Of a stretch of 64,000 bases of DNA, positions 29,177 to 38,286 are shown in pieces. Made by a program: the position numbers and the translations under genes. The notes under the pieces were generated by a model that did no database searches, was not told where the DNA came from, and saw nothing but the letters and a program-made list of their open reading frames with translations. Within the stretch, counting starts at the first letter, position 1. Every line of letters starts with the position of its first letter. The DNA comes from an uncultured Candidatus Saccharibacteria bacterium (GTDB taxonomy: Bacteria; Patescibacteriota; Minisyncoccia; Phycocordibacterales; UBA9973): NCBI GenBank assembly GCA_964385945.1, contig CAYLQJ010000001.1:8034-72033 (forward strand), written 5' to 3'.

Positions 29177-30688
29177 ATGAAAAATAATATACAACAAAGT
29201 ATTGGAATATTTATTAAAAATTTACGCGAACAAAAAGGCTTAACTCAAGGGGATTTTGCAAAAGCTTTAAGCACTTCACAAAGTGCCGTAGCCCGTATGG
29301 AAAAAGGAGAACAGAATTTCACAACAGAACTTTTAAATAAAATCGGTGACGTTTTAAATCATAATATTTTATCAATAAATAATTCTATAGATTTTCAAAT
29401 AACAGGTGGCAAAAAATTGCATGGTGAAATAACAACAGGATTTTCTAAAAATGGCTCAGTAGGGTTACTCTGCGCTTCCCTTTTAAATAAAGGTACCACA
29501 ACTCTCCATGGCATCGCTCGTATTGAAGAAGTTTATAGAGTTATAGAAATCCTAGAGAGCATAGGAGTTAAAATAACTTGGATTGCTCAAAATTCTATAA
29601 AAATCGTCCCTCCAGAAAAAATTAATTTACAAAAATTAAACATAGAATCTGCAATAAAAACTCGTTCCATAATAATGCTTATAGGACCGTTGATACATAT
29701 TTTACCTTCATTCTCTATACCACATGCTCAAGGTTGCAGTTTGGGTAAAAGAACAATTTCAGCTCATACTTATGCCCTAGAAGAAATAGGGATTAAAATT
29801 AAAACCACAAACAATAGCTATGACGTCTCTGCTAAGAAATTAAAAGCTAATGCTTTAGTTATGTATGAGGCTGGAGATACGGCTTGTGAGAATATTTTAA
29901 TGGCTTCATCAAAAATCCCAGGTATAACTACAATCAAAAATATGAGTGGTAATTATATGGTGCAAGAAATGTGCTTTTTCCTCGAGAAACTAGGAGTAAA
30001 AATAGAAGGTATAGGAACTTCATCAATAACAATTTATGGAATAAAAGAAATAAATTGTAATATAGAATATTCAAATAGCGAAGACCCTATAGAGTCTATG
30101 ATGCTTTTTTCAGCTGCAATTACAACTAATTCAACTTTAAAAATAAAAAGATGTCCTGTAGATTTTCTAACACTTGAATTATATAGATTAAAAACTATGG
30201 GTCTTAAATATAAAAAATCAAACGAATATCTTTCCTATAATAATAAAACTAAATTAATAGATATTGAAATCTACCCTTCGAATTTAATCGCAAACAAAGA
30301 CAAGATTCACGCCAATCCATACCCAGGAATAAATATAGACAACTTGCCTTTCTTTGTGCCAATAGCCGTAGTTTCCAAAGGTACTACTATGATTCATGAT
30401 TGGTTTTATGAAAATAGAGCTATTTATGCGACAGAATTAAATCGCTTAGGTGCTAATGTAACCCTAGCTGATCCTCACCGTTTATACATCACAGGTGGCT
30501 CAAAATTAAAGTCAGCCCAAATAGTCTGCCCTCCGGCCCTACGTCCTTCTATGGTCATTCTGATAGCAATGATGGCCTCTGAGGGGACTTCAATATTACG
30601 TAACGTGTATATGATTAACCGAGGTTACGAAGATATAGCAGAGAGATTAAACTCAATAGGAGCGGATATAAAAATCATAAAGAATTAA
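29177..30688 (+). CDS. murA: UDP-N-acetylglucosamine 1-carboxyvinyltransferase with an N-terminal XRE HTH
   Basis: LTQ..FA..L.TSQSAVARMEKG HTH; SKN, GCSLGKR, PYPG, RGYEDI. Confidence 0.93.
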   Translation: MKNNIQQSIGIFIKNLREQKGLTQGDFAKALSTSQSAVARMEKGEQNFTTELLNKIGDVLNHNILSINNSIDFQITGGKKLHGEITTGFSKNGSVGLLCASLLNKGTTTLHGIARIEEVYRVIEILESIGVKITWIAQNSIKIVPPEKINLQKLNIESAIKTRSIIMLIGPLIHILPSFSIPHAQGCSLGKRTISAHTYALEEIGIKIKTTNNSYDVSAKKLKANALVMYEAGDTACENILMASSKIPGITTIKNMSGNYMVQEMCFFLEKLGVKIEGIGTSSITIYGIKEINCNIEYSNSEDPIESMMLFSAAITTNSTLKIKRCPVDFLTLELYRLKTMGLKYKKSNEYLSYNNKTKLIDIEIYPSNLIANKDKIHANPYPGINIDNLPFFVPIAVVSKGTTMIHDWFYENRAIYATELNRLGANVTLADPHRLYITGGSKLKSAQIVCPPALRPSMVILIAMMASEGTSILRNVYMINRGYEDIAERLNSIGADIKIIKN

Positions 30689-30699
30689 ATTCTAAAATA

Positions 30700-31566
30700 A
30701 TGAAAGAAAAAGTTATTGTAATATTAGGACCTACTGCTATTGGGAAAAGTTCTTTAGCTGTTAAAATAGCCAAACTTTATAATGGTGAGGTTATTTCAGC
30801 TGACTCACGACAAGTTTATAAATATCTAGATATTGGTACAGGTAAAATCACCCAAAAAGAGATGGACAATATTCCCCACCACGGCCTAGATTTAGTAAGT
30901 CCTAAGAAAACTTATAGCGTAGTCCTATATCAAAAATATGCTTTAAAGAAAATCAAAGATATACTCAAACGAGGCAAGACTCCTATCATTTGTGGAGGGA
31001 CGGGATTCTATATTGATGCTGTTACTCAAAACTTCATCTTACCTACCGTACCAGCGAATCCAATATTAAGAAAAGAATTGAATAAAAATACTCCTGAAGA
31101 GAATTATAAAATTTTATTATCTCTAGATCCCGAACGTGCTCTGAATATTGATAATAAAAACAATGTAAGACTTATCAGAGCTATAGAAATTACTAAAGTT
31201 TTGGGCAAAGTTCCTAACTTGGCGGTAGAACCACTAACTGAATGTAAATACGAATTTATTAAAATAGGACTAACTCTACCTCAAGAAGATTTATATAAGA
31301 ATATAGAAACTAGAGTAAAAATAATGTTTAAAGACGGCTTACTTAATGAAATAGAAAAATTAGCACAAATGAAAATAAGTACAGATAAACTTCGTGAATT
31401 TGGTTTTGAATATTATAATCCTACTTTAGAATCAGTTATCTCTGGATCACGAAAATACGCCAAGCGTCAGATGACTTGGTTTAAGAGAGATAAAGATATC
31501 AATTGGTTCTCTCCAAAAGATTTTCTAAAAATTATAAAGTGTATTAATCAAAAACTAAAGTCTTAA
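30700..31566 (+). CDS. miaA: tRNA dimethylallyltransferase
   Basis: GPTAIGKS, ISADSRQVY, GGTGFY, YAKRQMTWF. Confidence 0.97.
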   Translation: MKEKVIVILGPTAIGKSSLAVKIAKLYNGEVISADSRQVYKYLDIGTGKITQKEMDNIPHHGLDLVSPKKTYSVVLYQKYALKKIKDILKRGKTPIICGGTGFYIDAVTQNFILPTVPANPILRKELNKNTPEENYKILLSLDPERALNIDNKNNVRLIRAIEITKVLGKVPNLAVEPLTECKYEFIKIGLTLPQEDLYKNIETRVKIMFKDGLLNEIEKLAQMKISTDKLREFGFEYYNPTLESVISGSRKYAKRQMTWFKRDKDINWFSPKDFLKIIKCINQKLKS

Positions 31567-31573
31567 TATATTT

Positions 31574-32173
31574 TTATTTATTATTAGCTTTTTTGTTTTT
31601 TATTAATTCTACAAATATAGGAACTATAGACAATAAAACCACGATGATTACTACGAAATGCATATAGTTTTTAATTCCAGGGAAAACATGACCAAAGAAA
31701 TATCCCACCAAGGTAACAACAGTAGACCACAACAGAGAACCAAAGAAGCTATATTTCAAAAATAATAAATAATTCATTCGAGCTATACCCGCCCCAATAG
31801 GAGTAAAAGTACGCACGATAGGCACAAAACGAGAAAAGACAACAGCAATCTTACCGTATTTTTCAAAGAAAACTCGGGCTTGCTCGATATTTTTTTCTTT
31901 CAAAATCATTCTAAAAAAAGAAAATTTACGAAGATTAGGTAAATATACACCTATTTCATAACCCACTACCGCTCCAAAAAATGTACTAATGAAAATCAAA
32001 GCAATAACTAAATAAATATTTAAAAATCCCGCTGCTGCAAAAAGTCCAACAGTGAATAGCAATGAATCTCCCGGCAAAGCAAAAAATATCCCTGACTCGA
32101 GGAATACTACCGTAAAAATACCTACGTATCCATAAGTTTCTAATAAATAATTGATATTAAATAATTCAAGCAT
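31574..32173 (-). CDS. dedA: DedA family membrane protein
   Basis: FLESG...LPGDSLLF, RFVPIVRTF. Confidence 0.93.
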   Translation of the reverse strand: MLELFNINYLLETYGYVGIFTVVFLESGIFFALPGDSLLFTVGLFAAAGFLNIYLVIALIFISTFFGAVVGYEIGVYLPNLRKFSFFRMILKEKNIEQARVFFEKYGKIAVVFSRFVPIVRTFTPIGAGIARMNYLLFLKYSFFGSLLWSTVVTLVGYFFGHVFPGIKNYMHFVVIIVVLLSIVPIFVELIKNKKANNK

Positions 32174-32178
32174 AGAGT

Positions 32179-32847
32179 TTAGGTTTTAAAAGGATTAAAG
32201 TTAGTGTTTTCATCATAATAATCCTCACCTTCTTTCTTTTTCAAAAATGCAATAACTCTATAAGTCAAAGGAGTAAATAATACTTCTACTAGAGTTTTAA
32301 AAATATAATTAGAAATTATTAAAGTTAAAAGTAATGACGACGGCAGTATCCCAACAAAAGCTATTAAAATAAATAAAGTACTATCTACTAATTCTCCAAC
32401 AACAGTCGAACCGATAGTCCTCACCCAGAGCTTTTTACCTTTTGACCAGATTTTCATTTTCGCCAGGATAAAAGCATTTGAAAAAGAGCCTAGAGTGTAT
32501 GCAACTAAACTCGCGAGTACGATACGCGGAGTTAATCCTAGGATTTTATCGTAAGCTTCTTGATTGCCCCAGTCAGGTGCGGCCGGTAGAGCACCAACGA
32601 TTATAAATACGAGAGACATGAGTAGAGCCATAAAGAATCCAAGCCAGATAACCTGTTTGGATTTCTTGTATCCATAAACTTCAGTCAAAATATCTCCAAA
32701 AATATAAGACAAGGGGAAAAGTAGAGTTCCAGCATCAAAAGTAAATTTTCCAAAATCCACGATCTTTGTCGAAGCGACGTTAGATATCAAAAGCACAGAC
32801 ACAAAAAACACAGAAATAGTACCTAAATATTTATAATTTTTATCCAT
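32179..32847 (-). CDS. yhhQ: Queuosine precursor transporter (VUT/YhhQ)
   Basis: SNVASTK, FPLSYIFGDILTEVYG, PRIVLAS, RTIGSTVVGELVDS. Confidence 0.9.
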   Translation of the reverse strand: MDKNYKYLGTISVFFVSVLLISNVASTKIVDFGKFTFDAGTLLFPLSYIFGDILTEVYGYKKSKQVIWLGFFMALLMSLVFIIVGALPAAPDWGNQEAYDKILGLTPRIVLASLVAYTLGSFSNAFILAKMKIWSKGKKLWVRTIGSTVVGELVDSTLFILIAFVGILPSSLLLTLIISNYIFKTLVEVLFTPLTYRVIAFLKKKEGEDYYDENTNFNPFKT

Positions 32848-32918
32848 ATAGAGATAGTTTACTATAAATATAAGATATTTAATATTTGACAGAATCTATT
32901 TTTTATTTCACAATTTAA

Positions 32919-34307
32919 TTACTCCCCCATCAAAGTTCTACTCCTAGAACCAAAGAATCCAGTACCAGGAAGCTTATTTGCTTTCTGAAATCTAATCAGA
33001 GCAGAACGAGTAGCTGGACCGAATTTAGTAGTTTCTTTACCTTTTGAGCCTGGACCTGATTTTGCTATTGTATAACCGTTATTATTTAAATATTGTTGTA
33101 GTAATTTAACTTCAGAATGAATGTTCCCTAGTTTTAGATCTTTAGTGAATGTTAGTTTTGTAGGAGTTTCAAATTTAGTACAAGGTGTGCCTGTAGTAGG
33201 ATGATATGATTGACCTACTTTACATAGAGTTTCAGCTTGAATAGTTTTAGTACGTAGACTATCTGAGAGTTGTTGTAAGAAAGCTACGGATACTGCACCA
33301 CCTGCTGTACTTGATACTGAGACTGTAGGTGTAGGAGTACCAAAGAGACTGAATACAGAGAAGTTAGTTGTGGTACAAGTTACAGTGTTTAGAGTTGTGT
33401 TTACAATACAACCAGTCAATAGTGTCCATGTAGCTCCATCCCATCGATAGATAACTAGTGTTGATTCGTTTATACCAACGACATCACTGTCTTGGTATGT
33501 CATAGTGATTGTAATCGGTTGCAAGAAAGTAGTAACACTAGTATCTACACCAGTTAAGGCTTTAAGGTCGAATGCGTAGTCACCTGCTTTAGTGACTCCA
33601 CTTGGTGTACCTGAAGTTAGGAATACAGCTGTTTGGTCTAGAGATTTGATTTGGTAAGTTGCATCAGCTCCTGTTGCTCCTGTTGGTATTGTTAAGAGTA
33701 TTCCAGTAAGACCTGAAGTAAGGGTGGAGGTACCTCCAGTTGCAGTGACTATACTTGAAGCTGTCTCGTCTTCTACCGTAGCAGATCCAGTACAGCCGGT
33801 GGTGGTGAATGTATTGTCTATGCCTACTCCTAAATTTAAAGCTGCATCTTGAGACATAACTCTATAATGATAAGTAGTACAAGCCACAAGACTTGGTAAT
33901 GTTACAGTATGATTTGTAACTCTTGGAGAAGTATCTATTTCTGTGGTAGTTGTTCCATAACTATTTGTTAAGCCATAATTTACCATACTTGAAGAAAGTT
34001 CATTAGTGGTGAAGGTGATGGTGCTGGTGGTGGATGTGGGAGTAGAAAGAATACTTGAAAAAGTTGGGGCTACAGAATCAGGAATGGTAGCAGAGCCTGA
34101 TACAGGATTACCAGTACCACTACTGTTTACTGCACTTACTCTAAAGTTATAGACAGTCTCACTAGAAAGTCCTGTTACAGTAGCTGTGGTTCCAGCTGAA
34201 ACACCGTCTGTAAAAGTTGTCCAAGTACTTGATGCACTTGTTTTATATTCAACTAAATAATCAGTAATAGATGCACCACCATTAGATACAGGTGCTGTCC
34301 AAGAAAC
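32919..34307 (-). pseudogene. 5'-truncated surface protein (FN3 domains plus C-terminal peptidoglycan-binding domain)
   Basis: Frame is open upstream of ATG 33986 and reads VSWTAPVSNGGASITDYLVEYK (FN3) to ~34307, then joins unrelated sequence; C-terminus EVKLLQQYLN...FGPATRSALIRFQ. Confidence 0.8.
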
Positions 34308-34798
34308 GCATACTTGAATTGTATGCGAATGGAAATATTGAGAGAGCAGATTACTCTAAGAAAAATCAAGAATATGATGCGGAGATAGAGAAGCTTGGAA
34401 ATGAGAAGATTGAACTGGTAAAGCAAATTCCCCTACTGCACAAACCTTCGGTAATCGAATTAAGCATCGCCCAGTACTGCGATGAGGTTAGATCGAGAGC
34501 ACATCAGTGTAAAGATTTTGAAACATACAGACAATTTTTCCTAGACTTCGTAGACCACATTGTGTACTACAAAAATCTAGTTGAACTGCATGGATATGTG
34601 AAAATACAATCAACTAATGAAGATGATCCTGAAACCAGAATCGAATACAAGATCATAACTGAAATCGAATGGGCTGAGAGATTTTCTAACTACAGAAAAA
34701 AGATGAATGGCACCCGCATTAGCTTAATGGACTTCAATAGTATGGTTGGACAGAGCAAGAGGATAATGAAGGATAAAAAGTTATTTTCTAATGAGTAG
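34292..34798 (+). pseudogene. C-terminal fragment of a large serine recombinase
   Basis: KKRILELYANG...CKDFETYRQFFLDFV aligns by eye with the C-termini of the LSRs at 44162 and 45751; no catalytic domain. Confidence 0.8.
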
Positions 34799-35300
34799 AT
34801 ATGTCATTAAAATAAATTTGTTGATCTTTTGGAACATCTGATATGGTTTTATATGCCTTAGTTTCACCAGAAACTGTATCAACAACTAAGTATGTTGGAA
34901 TGTCAGAAACTACCTCATATGAGCTCTCCATCAGTTGTCCATTCTGAAATAATTCCTGATAGTAGGTGTTTTTAATTCCGTCTGACGAACTATTTTTTAT
35001 ATTTTTTTTGTTAATAACGAAGATTTTATTATCAGAATATATATACTGATTTCGGTTATAAACCCTAGCAATTTCATAGTTGTGAATATGATCTTTTATT
35101 GACAGATAGTCCATATCCCAACCATCATTGATCGCGATTACTCCCTGACAATCTACAAAATTTCCCCAATAAGGATAATAACCTTGGCATTTTTCTGCAA
35201 TCTCTTTTTTTGGCACTACAAAGATAAAGTAATACAACAAGGGGATGCTTATTACTAATACAACAACTAAACTAATTATTATTTTTGTCTTTTTAATCAT
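34788..35300 (-). CDS. Putative immunity protein for the orphan RHS toxin
   Basis: Starts 1 nt after the RHS-CT stop; N-terminal TM segment. Confidence 0.6.
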   Translation of the reverse strand: MIKKTKIIISLVVVLVISIPLLYYFIFVVPKKEIAEKCQGYYPYWGNFVDCQGVIAINDGWDMDYLSIKDHIHNYEIARVYNRNQYIYSDNKIFVINKKNIKNSSSDGIKNTYYQELFQNGQLMESSYEVVSDIPTYLVVDTVSGETKAYKTISDVPKDQQIYFNDISTH

Positions 35301-35301
35301 T

Positions 35302-36123
35302 TTATTTCTTTACTTTATCACTAATTTTAATATTTACTCCATAATTACTCAATATTCCGTTTCCTTGATCTTTATATGCCTGAGTTGCTGGTAATCTTGT
35401 AACAGTCCCTTTATATGTCTGTGAATTTGTAGGATTAAAATCATATCTATCTGTTACCGTACTGTTTACTACCCATGCCCCATCTTGCTGTGTTACCTGT
35501 GATTCAATATTTGCTCCGTGAAGTGAATAATACAAATCACTTCTACCCTCAAATTCAAAATCTCCACTATTTGTCATTTGTCCATTTTGGGCACGCTGAA
35601 TAGTTTTGTCTATATAAGATTTATATTGACTAGTTTCCATTATCTTTTCAATTGGATTGCCGTATTGTTTTTGATTGTTTGAATCTATTGTTAAATTATT
35701 TGGTTCGAGAGAAGCAGAGTGTCTCAATAAAGATGCCGAGAATGGTTTATTAAATAGATTACCTGCTAAAGAAAATACATTCCAGCCAATAACGTTTCTA
35801 ATACTTTCTATTGGATTATTTATCAGCGCATCAAAAGAAAGATTGCCGTCTGGATCAGAATACCTAAGTGGATTATTCCTTCCATATGCGTAACTATTTA
35901 ATTGTTGTGGATCTGTTAATAACTCTTCTAAGCTGATTCCGACTTTTTGTCTAATTTTATAGTTATCACCCATTGCTACAAATATGGGATCCTGACTTAT
36001 GAACTGCCCACGGGACCCCTCGTAGTAACGAGCATTCAGGTAGCTTAATCCTGTATCGACATCATATTCTTGTCCAATATAAATGCGATGACCGACACCC
36101 TCAACGCTTTTTCCAGATCTCAC
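35302..36123 (-). CDS. Orphan RHS core plus C-terminal toxin module
   Basis: YIGQEYD..TGLSYLNARYY...GQFISQDP and NSYAYGRNNPLRYSDPDG; no upstream RHS shell. Confidence 0.85.
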   Translation of the reverse strand: MRSGKSVEGVGHRIYIGQEYDVDTGLSYLNARYYEGSRGQFISQDPIFVAMGDNYKIRQKVGISLEELLTDPQQLNSYAYGRNNPLRYSDPDGNLSFDALINNPIESIRNVIGWNVFSLAGNLFNKPFSASLLRHSASLEPNNLTIDSNNQKQYGNPIEKIMETSQYKSYIDKTIQRAQNGQMTNSGDFEFEGRSDLYYSLHGANIESQVTQQDGAWVVNSTVTDRYDFNPTNSQTYKGTVTRLPATQAYKDQGNGILSNYGVNIKISDKVKK

Positions 36124-36335
36124 TATATATTAAAAGTCTAGTTTCCTAGTTTGCCAGGTTTGCTCCAAACAATCTATTAGCACTATTTCAGACTTTTTAT
36201 CTCAAAGATCGACATCTCTTAGACCTAACTTATTATAGCAATTTTATAATAAAAAAGTGACAAAAGTGACACATCTAGCACTTTAAAGTTACAGTCACGT
36301 GTCACTTAAATAGTGAGTCTAGATACTTCAATGTA

Positions 36336-37253
36336 TTACTCAAAACCCACCTTCGGATCTTTGATTATTTTAATAAACTCAAGTCTCTCTTTAAGAGTTT
36401 TTGAGTCTATTTGTGCTTGGTATTCTTCAACTTCACCAACTATTGACGAAGAAAATCCTGTCCTTTTTCTAAGTAAAAAGTGTAGATAATCACCGTCTTG
36501 AGCTGGATCAAGTGGCAGTGATTCTATTGCTTTCATCATTTTAACCCGATCAAGTTCAGGGTTATTTAATAAGAAGATAAGGACTTCCATCATTGTAATT
36601 TCTTCACGCTCAAAAGTAATTTCTTCATCACCCCATACAACTTTTGCAGCCTTAGAAGAACTGTCTGAGAGTTCATAAGTATACAAGTTCTTTGCGGTGG
36701 CTGCTTTATCTATCACGGAATAGAGATCTTTAGCAATTTTTTTTACTGTTTTACCCATAAACTTTTTAACCTGTAAAGAATTTTCGGTACCGATTATGTC
36801 ATTTCTCACATCTATTCCTAAGTGTTTATGAAGAAATGTAAGAAATAACTTTTTATCCTTAGATAAATTATCTATCTGGGGTAAATTAAAACGCCCGTAG
36901 CGATGATCTTCGTAAAATCTAGAAAGAAGCGTGAGTAATCCTGTATGAACAGAACCTAAATCTAGAACAACACTTTTCTTTAGTCTGCTATAGAGAGTAA
37001 TATGATCATGGGTAATTAGAGTTTTTTCAAATTCATCGACATTAGTGTCATCATTAAACTCTACTAGAACAATAGCGACCTTAAACATCCTCTCTAACCC
37101 TATTGAAAGATTATAAAGAACTGGAAATATTTCAGTTTCTAGATTCAGAGTTTCCATCTCGTGAAGATTTCTTAATCCATCATAGATAAAGTTACAAGCA
37201 ATCTCTTGTTCTTCTCCCATCTTAAAGTTTTGCCAAAATTCTCTTGGATTCAT
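36336..37253 (-). CDS. HEPN-like hypothetical protein, co-oriented just after gajB
   Basis: SIGLERMFK...THDH..LY...RY pattern; 13-nt gap after gajB. Confidence 0.6.
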   Translation of the reverse strand: MNPREFWQNFKMGEEQEIACNFIYDGLRNLHEMETLNLETEIFPVLYNLSIGLERMFKVAIVLVEFNDDTNVDEFEKTLITHDHITLYSRLKKSVVLDLGSVHTGLLTLLSRFYEDHRYGRFNLPQIDNLSKDKKLFLTFLHKHLGIDVRNDIIGTENSLQVKKFMGKTVKKIAKDLYSVIDKAATAKNLYTYELSDSSSKAAKVVWGDEEITFEREEITMMEVLIFLLNNPELDRVKMMKAIESLPLDPAQDGDYLHFLLRKRTGFSSSIVGEVEEYQAQIDSKTLKERLEFIKIIKDPKVGFE

Positions 37254-37266
37254 ATTCTATAAAAAA

Positions 37267-38286
37267 TTAATTTACTACAAACGCAACACTATGTCTTGCG
37301 CGAGTAATTGCAACATACAACTTACTAATATCTCCGGCTTTAGTATGATCTTTTGTATTCACAAACTGAACCATATTCTTTGTCGGGAAAACCAGAACCC
37401 TATCGTATGTTCTGCCTTTTGACAGCCCTATATTTAGCGCCGTGTGCACTCCAGTTTTTGTTCTTTTATCATACCTAAGCAGAAATGGTTGGTGCTGTTT
37501 AATATATTCATCTAATTCACTTCTTTTAACCAAAAAAATGCCGTCGTGACCAGTTGTCACAGTGTTTTTTGAAGTAGTCTTTGGTAACGCAGGGTAAAGT
37601 AAATCTGCAAGATCACAGATAATCTGATTACACCTGTGGCAGTCAGTCTTTTCTTCGATAATGATATTTCCTTTTTGCTCTTGTTCCTGTAACCAATCGT
37701 AGATTTTTGAGCCTTTATATTTTGAGTTCTTAGATGAATTATTGGTTGCAAAAGTAGATTGTCTAGGGTCACCAACAGCAACTACCTCAATTGCCGAATT
37801 AAAAAGCTCTTCAAAAAAGTTAAGATCGTAACCTGCAAAGTCCTGCAATTCATCAATAAAAATATGGCTGTATATTTTTTCTAACCTTTTAATCACTAAA
37901 CCTCCGCTTTTTAAATTACACTCATATACAAATTCAGATAATTTCGTGCTGTAGATGTAGTTATTTTTTGTAAAATAATCATCTTTCCTGTGAAATCTAC
38001 TGAGAGTGCTTTGAAATAATATTGATTCAACACGAGGAGATGATGACATACAATTTTGATACGGTCTGACACCATCTCTGAGTAAAAAAGTAAACCAAGG
38101 CACTACATATATGTTTTGTGGAATAAATCCATTTTGCTCAATAATGGATTGTTTAATTTGATCAATATTTTCGTTCGTGTATGTTGTAATCAGAACGTTA
38201 GAATCTTTTACTTTTAAAGCTTCACTAACAATAAGAGTAGTTTTTCCAGATCCTGCGCACGCAACCACAGCTTTATTTGATGGCAT
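37267..38286 (-). CDS. gajB: UvrD-like helicase, Gabija GajB-like
   Basis: ACAGSGKTT, IFIDELQD, VGDPRQ, SKGRTYD, LYVAITRAR; start overlaps the gajA stop. Confidence 0.82.
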   Translation of the reverse strand: MPSNKAVVACAGSGKTTLIVSEALKVKDSNVLITTYTNENIDQIKQSIIEQNGFIPQNIYVVPWFTFLLRDGVRPYQNCMSSSPRVESILFQSTLSRFHRKDDYFTKNNYIYSTKLSEFVYECNLKSGGLVIKRLEKIYSHIFIDELQDFAGYDLNFFEELFNSAIEVVAVGDPRQSTFATNNSSKNSKYKGSKIYDWLQEQEQKGNIIIEEKTDCHRCNQIICDLADLLYPALPKTTSKNTVTTGHDGIFLVKRSELDEYIKQHQPFLLRYDKRTKTGVHTALNIGLSKGRTYDRVLVFPTKNMVQFVNTKDHTKAGDISKLYVAITRARHSVAFVVN

